This document shows, piece by piece, positions 38,168 through 49,144 of a stretch of 64,000 nucleotides of DNA; position 1 is the stretch's first letter; each line of letters opens with the position of its first letter. The position numbers and the translations under genes are program-made. Below the pieces are notes generated by a model that was not told the origin of the DNA, did not search any database, and was given only the letters and a program-made list of their open reading frames with translations. Source of the stretch: Bacillota bacterium (GTDB lineage: Bacteria > Bacillota > JAAYKD01); contig OY762825.2 in assembly GCA_963666425.2 (NCBI GenBank), positions 224,001 to 288,000 on the forward strand, written 5' to 3'.

Positions 38168-38294
38168 GCTTATTCTCCTTATGCTTTCATTTCATCAACG
38201 TATTATAGCATAAAGCAAACAGCATTGACTAGTAAAATCTATCAACATATCCCTACATGACTCTAAAAGCAGTCAAAGCATTTCCGCATTATTC

Positions 38295-38615
38295 TTATTG
38301 TCTTTTACTGCCAACATACGAACCGACCCCGCCGGCAACGTCCGTCACATCATAGCCCGCTTTAATCAATTGTCGGCAGGCATTTTGGCTTCTCGCTCCG
38401 GAATGGCAAATCAGATAGTACGGCTGATCCTTTTGCAGATAGCTTTCCGGCTGACTCAGCAGCGTTTGCATGGGGATATTCTTGGCGGTTTTGATAGAGC
38501 CATTACGAAATTCACTCGGTTCTCTAATATCAATTAGGTTGATTTTACCGATCAAACAATCGATGTCATTGACATGAATCGATTTTATCGGGGAACGATT
38601 AAAGAAATTAAGCAT
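38295..38615 (-). CDS. Rhodanese-like single-domain protein
   Basis: LIDIREP.EF, ICHSGARS; ATG 38615 follows GGAGG. Confidence 0.88.
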   Translation of the reverse strand: MLNFFNRSPIKSIHVNDIDCLIGKINLIDIREPSEFRNGSIKTAKNIPMQTLLSQPESYLQKDQPYYLICHSGARSQNACRQLIKAGYDVTDVAGGVGSYVGSKRQ

Positions 38616-38690
38616 TTTAAACCTCCGTATAAATATGATTTTGTTTATCTTAACCATTCTCCATGGTGAATTCAGTAACTAAATCACACA

Positions 38691-38760
38691 AAAAAAAAAA
38701 GCTGACCCTGTTGCCAACCTCCGAAGCAATATCGGAACTAGGGTTCGCAGTAGGGACAGC
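38691..38760 (-). terminator. Long imperfect hairpin plus T-run after the USP gene
   Basis: GCTGACCCTGTTGC..GCAGTAGGGACAGC arms with a long plus-strand A-run. Confidence 0.65.
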
Positions 38761-38828
38761 GTTTCATTTTAGAAGAAGAAGCTCATAACTTGGCTGAGTG
38801 AAAAAAGGTGATGTCTGCGATCACGAGT

Positions 38829-39275
38829 TTATTCCGGTACGACTACAACAGCAACTTCGGTGTCACGCACAACCTTTGAAGTGACCGACCCGATCAGCCT
38901 GGACAATCCCATTACGCTGGATTTTGTCATAACGATCATATCAAATCCGCCTTCTTTGGCTGTATCGAGAATCACACCGCCGCTCTGGCCTTCGAGTGAG
39001 AGTTTTGTCACATGATAGCCTTCCAGCATTTTTTCGCCTTCGTCTACGGTCTCAGTGCTTCTCTTTTTGGAAATTTCATACAATTCACTAAAATCATATA
39101 ACGGACTTTCTCCAAAAGACGACATTTGCGGTATATAGGCCGAGAGTTCGATCACGTTGAGCAAAGTGACTTCTGCTTCATCCTTGGTAAAGAATTTTTT
39201 CAGCCAGAGTAAAGAGTGCGTACTTTTCTCCGAACCATCCAACGGGACTAATACTTTCAACTTCACAGATAACAC
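38829..39275 (-). CDS. Universal stress protein
   Basis: VLVPLDGSEKS, DMIVM, LIGSVTSKVV. Confidence 0.9.
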   Translation of the reverse strand: MLSVKLKVLVPLDGSEKSTHSLLWLKKFFTKDEAEVTLLNVIELSAYIPQMSSFGESPLYDFSELYEISKKRSTETVDEGEKMLEGYHVTKLSLEGQSGGVILDTAKEGGFDMIVMTKSSVMGLSRLIGSVTSKVVRDTEVAVVVVPE

Positions 39276-39413
39276 ATCCTTTTCTTTCTAAGATAATTTA
39301 ACTCTTCGACATTATCCTCCGATTCCCTTCCTGTCGCGGTGAATCATGAGAATTGTTATGACTTTGCCTTTTGACGATCGATATTCCAGACAATTTGGAT
39401 ATTTAAAAAAGAA

Positions 39414-41213
39414 CTAAAACGTTTGGACTTTAAGATCAGGTAACACATCGTTCAGGAAAACATCGACAATTTCACTGTCAAAATCAATCCCGGCGCAACG
39501 TTTTAATTCTTTGACCGTTTCCTCAATGCTCAAACGTCTTCGATAGCTTCTCTCACTCGTCATCACATCAAAGGCATCCGCAATGGAAAGAATTCTCGCT
39601 TGCAGCGGGATCTCCTCTTCCTTTAAATGATTTGGGTAACCGGAACCATTCCATTTTTCATGATGCGCAATGATGGTATTGGCTACTTCAGAAAATTCAT
39701 TGACAGAGCTGAGAATGCGCCAGCCAATTTCAGGATGTTTCTTAATTTGATTCATTTCATCCTGGCCGAGTCTGCCCGCCTTATTGAGAATGACTTCATC
39801 AATACCGATTTTACCAATATCATGAACCAAACCCGCGATGCGAATCTGACCGACTTCATCTGGTTTCAGCCCCATTTTAACAGCAAGCGCCTGACTGATC
39901 GCACTGACACGTTGAGAGTGGTTTGATTCTCTGCTGCTTTTCGCAAATAGTGTATTCAGAATAATATCGATGGTATGGCTCCTCAGACTGGATCGCTCAT
40001 AAAGTTTATTGCGGAACAGATCATTTTCTGCATTGATCAGCACCTCGGAAATGACTTGTTCCATGCTTTCTTTGGTATCAGTGCCAAGAGAAATAGAAAA
40101 CCCCGGTTTGCTGGTTTTAAGCTCGAGAGCCAACTCTTTAATTGCATTGATCCTTTCCTGTGCAAAAGCAGGACTGCTATGCGGAAGTATGAGAGCAAAT
40201 TCATCTCCGCCAAGTCGGCAGCAGATATCTTCGCTTCGGCAAACTTTCTGCATGATTTCAGCAGTACTGCGTAGAAATTCATCACCAACCAGATGCCCAA
40301 AAGAGTCATTGATCAATTTCAGGCCGTTGATATCACACATAATGACGGAGAGTGGGAGATTTGCCGGGGCATCAAGACGGCTCAATTCTTCTTCATAAAA
40401 TCTGCGATTATATAGTCCGGTCAATAAATCGTGATAGCTCATATAAACGAATTTTTCTTCTGCTTTCTTTCTGGCTGAAATATCTCTGACAATACAAAGC
40501 AGTACCAATTTATCTTCAAGCATCATGCGACTTTCGCTCACTTCTACTTGAATGGGAACCAGGGTTTTCGTGTAATGGATCGTTTCATAAAAATCGCGGC
40601 TAGATTCTTTTTTCCCGTTATCATGCAGAGACAAAAGAGCCGGATTTGGAGAGCTTAAGTTGAAAAACTGCAACTGTAAGAATTCCTCAAAAGAGTAACC
40701 GTACATGGCGACCGCGGCTTGATTAATCTCCAGAATATGACCTTCCAGATCGATAAATAACATTGCATCACTCGCCTTGTCAGCCAGCAAATGATAGAGA
40801 TTCATTCGATTTTGCAATTTCAGATTTTCTTTTCTCAATTTTGCTTCTTGGGATTCACGAAGTACTACGGACGGGATTCTGCTCATGTTATGTTTCATAA
40901 TACAGTCGCGGCAGCCGCTTCGCATTAATTCAACGGCTTGTTCTTCTCCGATTACCCCTGAGACAATAATAATAGGAAGAAATGGGTTAAACTTCTGGAT
41001 ACTCTTAATTGCCTCAAAAGCATTAAATGATGGCATGGAATAATCGCAGAGGATAATATCCCAATCTTGTTCCTTCAACTGCGCTTCCATCGCTCGCGCG
41101 TTATCCACTTGGCTGTATTCAACAGGGATTTTCGCTTCTTCAAATTTGTTCATGATCAGTTCGGCATCAAGTTCTGAGTCATCAATCAAGAGAATTTTAA
41201 GCGTCTCTTTCAT
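39414..41213 (-). CDS. REC-PAS-GGDEF-HD-GYP c-di-GMP turnover protein
   Basis: LLIDD/LCDYSMP receiver, PAS, HDLLTGLYNRR, RLGGDEF, HDIGK, HHEKWNGSGYP. Confidence 0.93.
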   Translation of the reverse strand: MKETLKILLIDDSELDAELIMNKFEEAKIPVEYSQVDNARAMEAQLKEQDWDIILCDYSMPSFNAFEAIKSIQKFNPFLPIIIVSGVIGEEQAVELMRSGCRDCIMKHNMSRIPSVVLRESQEAKLRKENLKLQNRMNLYHLLADKASDAMLFIDLEGHILEINQAAVAMYGYSFEEFLQLQFFNLSSPNPALLSLHDNGKKESSRDFYETIHYTKTLVPIQVEVSESRMMLEDKLVLLCIVRDISARKKAEEKFVYMSYHDLLTGLYNRRFYEEELSRLDAPANLPLSVIMCDINGLKLINDSFGHLVGDEFLRSTAEIMQKVCRSEDICCRLGGDEFALILPHSSPAFAQERINAIKELALELKTSKPGFSISLGTDTKESMEQVISEVLINAENDLFRNKLYERSSLRSHTIDIILNTLFAKSSRESNHSQRVSAISQALAVKMGLKPDEVGQIRIAGLVHDIGKIGIDEVILNKAGRLGQDEMNQIKKHPEIGWRILSSVNEFSEVANTIIAHHEKWNGSGYPNHLKEEEIPLQARILSIADAFDVMTSERSYRRRLSIEETVKELKRCAGIDFDSEIVDVFLNDVLPDLKVQTF

Positions 41214-41258
41214 TTCTATCCCTTCTTTACTTATTCAAATTCCATGTGCAGATTACCA

Positions 41259-42848
41259 CTAAGATTGCGAACCTCTTTCATTTTTTGGTAAAGTGAAAGA
41301 AAACGTTGCTCCCACACCGGGAATCCCTTCTGCCCAAACGCGTCCTCCATGTCTGCGGATAATTCTCTGAACATTCGCCAATCCGACTCCTGTTCCTTCA
41401 AATTCCTCCGCGTTATGCAGCCGCTGGAAAATCGTGAATAATCTGTCCTTGAACTGCATATCGAAGCCGACACCGTTATCTTTGACATAAATAACAACAT
41501 ATCTGCTATTCATTTCGTCTTGTGACCAACCAATTTCAATTTTTGTTTTTGTTTTGTAGCGTGTAAATTTCAGCGCATTGGAAAGCAGATTTACCAAAAC
41601 AAGCTGAAGCATACTGCGGTCCGCCATCACAACAGGCAGATCCGCCAAGACCCAGTCAATGTCTCTGTCAGCTATCTCAGCACGAAAGCTTTCGATTACC
41701 TTGCTTAGCAGTTCGCTTAAGTCGACTCGCCGATTATTCAAATCCATTCTTCCCATATTTGAAAAATCAAGCAAATTGTCAATCAATCCACCCATATTGT
41801 TGCCAGCTTCAGAAATTACTGTCAGATAGTGCTGACTTTTTTCATCCAGCTTGCCCTGTAAACGCGTATTTAATAATTCGGCAAACCCGATGATATGCCT
41901 TAATGGCGCACGCAGGTCATGCGAAACAGAATAGGAGAAATTCTCCAGTTCCACGTTAGCAGCCAATAAAACATTTTGCTTGACTAATAACTCTTCTTGA
42001 TAAAGGAGCAGCTCTTGCTGTTTAATACTCAGTAAGCTAGATTTTTTAAAGTAATTCTGTGCCAAATAGACTGCCATTAAGGTCATCAAAGAAATGAGCA
42101 GACCGAAATATAATACCGCTCTGCTTTCTGCAATTTTATTTTTTACCAATACCGGGGTCGGAGCAAAGGATGCATTCCAGATCTCAGAATTCAATAAGAC
42201 AATATCCTTATTCACTGTTAATTCTGACCGGCGTAAAAGCCAGCTGCTCGATTCAAAAACACTATTCTCGGCATTGGTAATCTTTATCATATATTCTGTG
42301 CCAATGTCAACCAAAACAGGTGAGATCAGATAATTGCTATTGATAATCCCTAAAATAAAACCGTTCAGTTCATTTGCTTCATAATGTGGCTGCCATATTT
42401 TCACTTCAGAAGGGCTATCGCTGATTTCGGAGGCATTTGTGTTGAGCAGTGCTTCATTGCCCTGTTCGGGAACAATACTGATGATTTTCATATTTTTATC
42501 AATTAAAAGTATTTTCTCAATCTCACGATAAGAACTCATTAAAAAAACAGTTTCATTGACCCAATTCTCACTCTGCTTCAGGTCAAGACCAAGGTTTTGA
42601 TTGGAAAGATTTTCAATTCCCCAATAGATCTTACTATATTGATATTCCGCTTCGCTGGAATAAGCTCTGGATTTCGATAAAGTTTGTTCATATAATTCAG
42701 ATAAGCCACGTGTTTCTTGCGTTTTCCAGATAAAAACACATAGTAAAATCAGAATAACAGTCAGCAACAGCAAGAAAACTCTTGAGGTAAAGAAATCTCT
42801 TATCAATTTAGTAGTATGGTTTTCTCTGTCTTCAGACAACTTCTTCAC
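41259..42848 (-). CDS. Membrane sensor histidine kinase (Cph1/BphP-like kinase core), copy 1
   Basis: 2 TM, FSYSVSHDLRAPLR, NLLSNALKF, DNGVGFD, FQRLH..EFEGTGVGLA. Confidence 0.93.
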   Translation of the reverse strand: MKKLSEDRENHTTKLIRDFFTSRVFLLLLTVILILLCVFIWKTQETRGLSELYEQTLSKSRAYSSEAEYQYSKIYWGIENLSNQNLGLDLKQSENWVNETVFLMSSYREIEKILLIDKNMKIISIVPEQGNEALLNTNASEISDSPSEVKIWQPHYEANELNGFILGIINSNYLISPVLVDIGTEYMIKITNAENSVFESSSWLLRRSELTVNKDIVLLNSEIWNASFAPTPVLVKNKIAESRAVLYFGLLISLMTLMAVYLAQNYFKKSSLLSIKQQELLLYQEELLVKQNVLLAANVELENFSYSVSHDLRAPLRHIIGFAELLNTRLQGKLDEKSQHYLTVISEAGNNMGGLIDNLLDFSNMGRMDLNNRRVDLSELLSKVIESFRAEIADRDIDWVLADLPVVMADRSMLQLVLVNLLSNALKFTRYKTKTKIEIGWSQDEMNSRYVVIYVKDNGVGFDMQFKDRLFTIFQRLHNAEEFEGTGVGLANVQRIIRRHGGRVWAEGIPGVGATFSFTLPKNERGSQS

Positions 42849-42881
42849 CCCTTTTGCTTTGCAACGAAATTGATCAAAATC

Positions 42882-44420
42882 TTAATCTAATTTTTGATTT
42901 TGCCAGGCTGAATTCCATATGGTCTCCAGAGAATGATAGCCTCTTTGTGTTAGCTGGCTCAGGTAATGATCCCAATCCAGCTCAATACTCAATTCTCCGG
43001 TAATAAATCGCTGACTGGCCTCAGTTACATAAGGATCCAACTGTTCATTGAGGATTCGTATGGCTTCGCTTTCTTGAGAGTTGATTTTCAACCTGGGACT
43101 TATTTTGGCAGTCTCATGTGCATTCTGTGAAACGGTCAGAAATTCAACAATTTCGACAGGCTTCTTGTAATCTTCAAATGCTGCATCTTCATTCAGATTA
43201 AACAAGAGGTTATAGCCATACTCCTTGCTGATATTCACTGTCCCGGAAGGGTTTTTGGGTGTCTTGACATTGGCTAGAAACTCTTTCCCCATTGCAGTTT
43301 TCTTGTAGGTAATACCTTCTTCTCCCCAGGTTGTTAAGGTCATTCCTTCCTCGGAATAAACCGCCCAATCCAAGAATGCCAGTAGTTTTTTGAAATAAGG
43401 TTCATTGATCACACGGGATGGAACCACCAAACCTTTTCTGAATTGATCAACCGCAGGTAAAGCTTTGATGCCGATTGTACTGACAGGAACCGGGAGAGCT
43501 GTCCATTCGCCATTCGGAAGATTATTTTCTTTTAGTTTTTCGTTCCAGGTCATGAAACCAGAGGTAATCCAAGTTACTGTGACAAAAGCGCTGCCGTTTT
43601 CCAGCTTTTTTGTAAATTCAGATTCACTCTGTGTGAAAATCGCTGGGTCCAGAATCCCTGCTTCGTAGCAGCGGTTGAGGAAACGGTATAACTCCCGATA
43701 ATTTTCGGTTGCCGGCGCGTACTGCCACTGATCATCAGTAAAATTATAATAGTTTTTCCCAGCCCAGCCAGCCGGTATACCATACCCTGCTCCCATCATG
43801 GCCAGCAAGTGAGCCCCGCCCCAAGTAGCAGTAATCGGCGTCGAATCAGGATAGATTTCTTTTAATTTGAGCAAAGAATTAAATAGTTCATTATAGGTGG
43901 TAGGCATTGGCAAATTATTCTCTGTGAAAGCATCTTTACGATAAATCCATTGCTGCACCTGGATCTCTCTTTGGAAACCTGGCAGAATATAATACTTGCC
44001 ATTTTTCAGTCTCAGTTTATCCAATTCGCTTTGCAGGTTGTGTTCTTTAATGTACGCCATAAAATAAGGCATTTGTGCTTCATAATCACTGAATGGAAGT
44101 AAAATACCGGCTGCTGCATAATTCTCAATCTGTTCCGGCCAACATTTTAAAACAATATCTGGAATGTCGTCCGATTCCAACGTTTGCTGCAGAATTTCAC
44201 CATACGTTTTATTATCACCCAAGCGAATATCAAAAGTAACATTCTGCAGTTCATTATACTTTTGTAAAATAGCCCAATTTTCTTGGAAAGGAGTATCTTC
44301 AGCATCGTTGAGAAGAACCGAAAAAGTAACCGGCGTGGAATCTGTAAATTCCATGTTATTGCAGCCAAACAGCAGCATTATTGCGGAGAGAAGTAAAATA
44401 ATCTTTATAAATTTCATCAA
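42882..44420 (-). CDS. Extracellular solute-binding lipoprotein (carbohydrate ABC SBP family 1-like)
   Basis: Lipobox LFGC, DIPDI, GKYYILP, WIYRKD, P.TYNEL, FITGE; no permease nearby. Confidence 0.85.
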   Translation of the reverse strand: MMKFIKIILLLSAIMLLFGCNNMEFTDSTPVTFSVLLNDAEDTPFQENWAILQKYNELQNVTFDIRLGDNKTYGEILQQTLESDDIPDIVLKCWPEQIENYAAAGILLPFSDYEAQMPYFMAYIKEHNLQSELDKLRLKNGKYYILPGFQREIQVQQWIYRKDAFTENNLPMPTTYNELFNSLLKLKEIYPDSTPITATWGGAHLLAMMGAGYGIPAGWAGKNYYNFTDDQWQYAPATENYRELYRFLNRCYEAGILDPAIFTQSESEFTKKLENGSAFVTVTWITSGFMTWNEKLKENNLPNGEWTALPVPVSTIGIKALPAVDQFRKGLVVPSRVINEPYFKKLLAFLDWAVYSEEGMTLTTWGEEGITYKKTAMGKEFLANVKTPKNPSGTVNISKEYGYNLLFNLNEDAAFEDYKKPVEIVEFLTVSQNAHETAKISPRLKINSQESEAIRILNEQLDPYVTEASQRFITGELSIELDWDHYLSQLTQRGYHSLETIWNSAWQNQKLD

Positions 44421-44642
44421 ATTGCCTCCTTTTTAAAAAATGGGGTATTGATGAGGTCGATCTTGCTGCTTTGTATTTTAACACAGATTTAAAGAATTTC
44501 CAATACTATTTATATCTTTTGATAACATACAATTCAATTTATTTTTAACTTCATTCTATAAATAAAGCATCATAACCCAAGATTGGTGAAATATTTGTTT
44601 TGCAAAGAAAAAGTGAAGAAATGCAATTGTTTTCTTTTCAGA

Positions 44643-45083
44643 TCAGCAGATAGATGGGGGGACATTTGTCACTGCCCAAAACAAGCCGAGTTCCTTAATT
44701 GCACGCACAAAATTGACAAAATCAACGGGCTTTACCACATAAGCGTTAGCTCCGCAGCTATACCCGTCCATTATATCTCTGTCCTCTTTTGAGGATGTCA
44801 GAATGACGACTGGGATTAATTTTAACAAGGGACTTTCTTTTATTTGCTTTAGTACTTCAAAGCCATTTACTTTAGGAAGCTTGAGATCAAGCATAATCAC
44901 AGCTGGGTTCCCAAAAGCTCTTTGCACGTATTTCCCACGGGAATTTAAGTAATCCAAAGCTTCTTCTCCGTCTCTGGCTATATCGACCTTATTGGCTAAA
45001 TTGCACTCAGCTAAAGCCATAAGGGTCAGTTCCAAATCATTACGGTTATCTTCTACCAGCAAAATCCGTTTAAACTCCGTCAT
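44643..45083 (-). CDS. Single-domain response regulator, Rcp1-like
   Basis: LLVEDN, MLDLKLPK, IPVVILTSS, GANAYVVKP, LGLFW. Confidence 0.92.
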   Translation of the reverse strand: MTEFKRILLVEDNRNDLELTLMALAECNLANKVDIARDGEEALDYLNSRGKYVQRAFGNPAVIMLDLKLPKVNGFEVLKQIKESPLLKLIPVVILTSSKEDRDIMDGYSCGANAYVVKPVDFVNFVRAIKELGLFWAVTNVPPSIC

Positions 45084-46603
45084 AGTTGGTCCTCCTTATA
45101 CTTTGGCAGTGAAAAATAAAAAGTTGCTCCTTCGTCAATTACTCCTTCAGCCCAAACTCTGCCACCATGTCTTTGTACGATTCTCTTGACATTCGCTAAA
45201 CCCACACCTGTCCCTTCATACTCTTCAATCGTATGCAATCGTTGAAAAATGCCAAACAGCTTATCCTGGTAACGCATATCAAAGCCCGCTCCGTTGTCTT
45301 TGATATAAATTACAATGTATTTTCGATTGACTTGATCTGGCATCGAAGCAATTTCTATCTGAGCTGTCGTTTTCAAGCGTGTAAATTTCAAGGAATTGGA
45401 TACAAGATTTTCCAAAACCAATTGAATCATATTTCTGTCAGCTTTTACTTCGGGCAAAGGCAGGATTTTCCATTCAACCTTTCTCCCGATGATATCAGGC
45501 TGCATACTTGTGATGACTTGCGTTAAAAGCTCATTGAGATTCACTTGTTGATTAATTAATTCCTTCCTGCCCATTTTGGAAAAAGCAAGCAGATCGTCAA
45601 TTAATCTACCCATGGTCTGACTGGCATCTATTATGACCGCAAGGTAATGCTGGCTCTTCTCATCCAGTTTACCCTCTAAATTCTTATTCAGCATCTCTGC
45701 AAAACCCGACATATGCCTTAATGGTGCCCGTAAATCATGCGATACGGAATAGGAAAAACTTTCTAATTCTTTGTTTACAGCGATCAATTGGTTCTGATAT
45801 TGGATTAATTCCTCCTGATTGACAATCAGCAATCTCGATTTTCTATAATAATTCTGTGCCAGAAAGACGGAAATTAAACTAAAGGTAGAAATGACGATAC
45901 TATAGATAAACGTATTTTGGGCTAAGCCAATGCTGCTCTGAATATATGCTGATGTAGGTGCAAAGGAAATATTCCAAACCACAGAATTGAGTAGTGTAAC
46001 CGTCTTCGTGACAGTGAATTCTTCTTCATGCAATTCCCAGTCAACCGAACTGAAGATGGTATGATCCGGACTGCTGATTTTGATCATATAATCCGTTTTC
46101 ATATCCAGCAGGACCGGTGAAATCAGTTTACTGCTGTCCAGAATTCCTAAAACAAAGCCTTGCAATGCCTGATTTTGATTAATAGCCTGCCAGATGCGAA
46201 TCTCTGAAGAATTATTGATTTCCTGTAGCGCACTGCTGTGAAGCAGCGATTCATTTCCCTGTGCCGGCACTACCTCGTCTATCTGCATACTCGGATTAAC
46301 CAGAGCCAGCATGCGCGCTTCCGGAAATGATTGCAAAAATTGTCTAGCTTTTTGAGTCCATGCTTCATTGTTAGCAAAATCGGCTTCAATTGATCGATCA
46401 GCCAGCTGAGCAATTCCCCAATAAAGATTATTATACTTTAATTCAAGTTGATCGGAATAACTCTGCGCAATGGAATTAATATGCAGAGAAAGCTCAGACA
46501 GACTGCGGTTTTCTTGAATTTTCCAGGTATACAAAGAAACAGCCAGAAGGAAAACAGCCAGAAAGCTTAAGAAAATCCTCGATGTAAAAAAAACAACATG
46601 CAT
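45080..46603 (-). CDS. Membrane sensor histidine kinase, copy 2 (paralogue of 41259..42848)
   Basis: Same architecture and motifs; overlaps the RR start. Confidence 0.92.
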   Translation of the reverse strand: MHVVFFTSRIFLSFLAVFLLAVSLYTWKIQENRSLSELSLHINSIAQSYSDQLELKYNNLYWGIAQLADRSIEADFANNEAWTQKARQFLQSFPEARMLALVNPSMQIDEVVPAQGNESLLHSSALQEINNSSEIRIWQAINQNQALQGFVLGILDSSKLISPVLLDMKTDYMIKISSPDHTIFSSVDWELHEEEFTVTKTVTLLNSVVWNISFAPTSAYIQSSIGLAQNTFIYSIVISTFSLISVFLAQNYYRKSRLLIVNQEELIQYQNQLIAVNKELESFSYSVSHDLRAPLRHMSGFAEMLNKNLEGKLDEKSQHYLAVIIDASQTMGRLIDDLLAFSKMGRKELINQQVNLNELLTQVITSMQPDIIGRKVEWKILPLPEVKADRNMIQLVLENLVSNSLKFTRLKTTAQIEIASMPDQVNRKYIVIYIKDNGAGFDMRYQDKLFGIFQRLHTIEEYEGTGVGLANVKRIVQRHGGRVWAEGVIDEGATFYFSLPKYKEDQL

Positions 46604-46967
46604 TCTGATATCCTTGATTTTTTGATTTTCTTGCGTTTGCTCTCCCCCCTTTGCTGTATCATCGACCGGGACGGTTTTTTCGGATTCGAAGGCTCGTTAA
46701 TTAATTGAACCGTTTTCTTAAATCGATAAGGGAAAAATAAACGGCTAGACATGATCAGCCTTTAAAAAAGTAATTTCCTGTGCTTTTTAAAGTTTATTGT
46801 TAATATTATACATCCGATTACAAAAATAATAAAGTATTATTATTTATTTTTATCTGTTAAAGAAGTAAAAAAAATCACGACAACCCAGTACATCGACTGG
46901 TTCATCGTGAATTCGTACTCATTTCCTTGGTCTCAAATCAACAGGTTTTGAGAGGGGGTTTCTTAAA

Positions 46968-47909
46968 TCACAATTTGCTGTCTATCTCAGCATAAGCTAA
47001 TAAATTGTCTTTACCCATTCCAACACAGGCAGGCTGGCTGTCATACCAGAAAGAAAAATCTAAAAATTCTGCTCTCAATTTTTCATCACGCATGATATTG
47101 CGCAGCACCTCGGCAGGAATGGAACGTGATAAAGCACCGGGACCGGCCATGTGGATTTTCTCTGCACCGTTATCATGCAGAATATGCTGCAGCTCTTCCG
47201 GCAGAAACGCATATGAAATCGGCCAGGGTGCTTTGCCTTTCGCAAATGCTTCTGCTGTTTGATCCGGTGTTTCCATCAATCCAGTCTGAAAAAAAGCCCG
47301 CACCGCTGCCAGATCAGGTCGGTATTCAGCCAGCTGCGGCAGCGCACAATCCACCTGTTGACGCACAAAAGGATCTTTTGCATTGGTATCCAGAATATAT
47401 TTGACTTTCTGTGCCGGATCAAAGAGATAAGTCCACGCCAAACGAGAATAAACGCTGATGATCAATCGCTGCGAACAGATGCGCAGCAGCTCGCTGATCA
47501 CTCTTTCATGATTCGGATAAGTATACGAAATCGGTGCATCAAAAGAGAGAACCAGATCAAATTGCTTTGCTCGGAAGTCACTCAGATCTTCCAATGTACC
47601 ATGGAAAAAGGTCATGTTGTCGCTCACCTTCGCCTGCTTTGCCAGTTCTCTTGCTTTTTCCAACATCGGCAGAGAGATATCAAAATGCGTTACCTGCAGC
47701 CCTCGCTGCGCGAGCGGAATGGAAAAGCGGCCATAACCGGCGCCACCGTCAAATACAGTCTTTATTCCATCAAGATGTGATAAAATCTCGCGTTCAATAT
47801 GCGCCTTGGCGATGATATCATCGATAAAGTTATGCTCCCGATCCATTTCCTCCATGGCTTTTTGCGGCAGATTCCAGAAACGACTGGAGATATCGGTTGA
47901 TTTGCTCAA
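46968..47909 (-). CDS. Class I SAM-dependent methyltransferase
   Basis: VFDGGAGYGRF, FDIS..ML, FDLVL; TTG start at 47909 after AGGAGG. Confidence 0.85.
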   Translation of the reverse strand: MSKSTDISSRFWNLPQKAMEEMDREHNFIDDIIAKAHIEREILSHLDGIKTVFDGGAGYGRFSIPLAQRGLQVTHFDISLPMLEKARELAKQAKVSDNMTFFHGTLEDLSDFRAKQFDLVLSFDAPISYTYPNHERVISELLRICSQRLIISVYSRLAWTYLFDPAQKVKYILDTNAKDPFVRQQVDCALPQLAEYRPDLAAVRAFFQTGLMETPDQTAEAFAKGKAPWPISYAFLPEELQHILHDNGAEKIHMAGPGALSRSIPAEVLRNIMRDEKLRAEFLDFSFWYDSQPACVGMGKDNLLAYAEIDSKL

Positions 47910-47923
47910 AAAGCAACCTCCTT

Positions 47924-48817
47924 TTATTTCATTTGTTCCCACCAAGTAGATGTAATCAACGGTCTGAAACCGATGCTGTAATAAAACTGCTGCGATGAAC
48001 CGACAAAGGCTTGCTTTGCACCTAACTCTCCGCAGCGTCGAATCCCTTCCAAAACAGCCGCACGGCCTAAGCCCATTCTTCGGTAGGCGGGATCGGTTGC
48101 GACCGGTTCGACCAATGCGTTACCGGAAGCGTCATCCTGCCACATGCCGCAATAGGATACAAAATCTCCATTCGGCGCAACAACGGCGATTTTCAAGTTA
48201 AGGTTCACATTGGGACGATTGAAAGAAAGCTCTCTTTCTTGATGAATTCCTTTTCCGAACACGAAGGGGCCTTCTCCGCGTGCTTCATGGTTGAAGCCTT
48301 TCCATAATACTTGACCATATTGATAAAGATCAAAGGTTTCCTGCATACTGGTAATCCGAAAACCTGCCGGTAAGGTATAGGTGATCTTTTCTAAATGGAT
48401 CGGATAAACCGAATCGCATTCTTTGTCTTGGCTGGCAGTAAAACCTTGCGTTGCAGCCATATTTTGAATATCCTGATCGCCATCCAAAATCAGGACAGCA
48501 AACTTTCCTTCTTTTGCTAAAGCCGTTTTGGCATATGCAAGCATTTCTTTAAATAAGTAGCGATAGTCCGGCTGCATCAATAGATAAGCTTTACCAAGCG
48601 TCGTATCATAAGTGGCGACTGCAACCAGTAGGTTGTTCTCTTCCCATAAGCCGATCTTGGGCAAACCACTGGCATCCAGATAGCTGTGAGTGATCATCCA
48701 ATCCCAACGGCCAAACGGGTAGTTGACCTGATCCAGGCGAAGGAGAAAACTGCGCAGCTTATGATAATCGTCGCCGAATAATGGCTCCGGTTGGTATTTG
48801 CGAAAAATAATCGGCAT
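47924..48817 (-). CDS. GNAT acetyltransferase (two-domain)
   Basis: VEPVATDPAYRRMGLG, FYYSIGF; ATG at 48817. Confidence 0.87.
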   Translation of the reverse strand: MPIIFRKYQPEPLFGDDYHKLRSFLLRLDQVNYPFGRWDWMITHSYLDASGLPKIGLWEENNLLVAVATYDTTLGKAYLLMQPDYRYLFKEMLAYAKTALAKEGKFAVLILDGDQDIQNMAATQGFTASQDKECDSVYPIHLEKITYTLPAGFRITSMQETFDLYQYGQVLWKGFNHEARGEGPFVFGKGIHQERELSFNRPNVNLNLKIAVVAPNGDFVSYCGMWQDDASGNALVEPVATDPAYRRMGLGRAAVLEGIRRCGELGAKQAFVGSSQQFYYSIGFRPLITSTWWEQMK

Positions 48818-48972
48818 AGTAAAACCTTCTTTCCTTCTTTTATATAACAAAATAATACATTAGGAATCTCGGCTCGTCAAGTCTCTGTTACGGAGTTTCT
48901 TTTCAGAGTATCTCTTTATTCAGGCTAAAATAGAATGCTTCCAATTCAGCCCAGCGATTCTTTGAAGTTCCT

Positions 48973-49001
48973 TTGACACGGTTACAAATTTGTGGTATAA
49001 T
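48973..49001 (+). promoter_or_regulatory. Consensus sigmaA promoter
   Basis: TTGACA-17-TATAAT with TG extension, upstream of the glycosyltransferase. Confidence 0.85.
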
Positions 49002-49144
49002 AATACTTATAATTTGGTGAAATAAAATGCAAAATATGGCAGATGCGATGCAGAGTCATTTTTAGATGCGTGGTTTTTTCAATATATGCCAGGTTGTGAT
49101 CGTGTGATTCAGAAAAACAAAAGAACACTAAGGAGAGAATTTCA

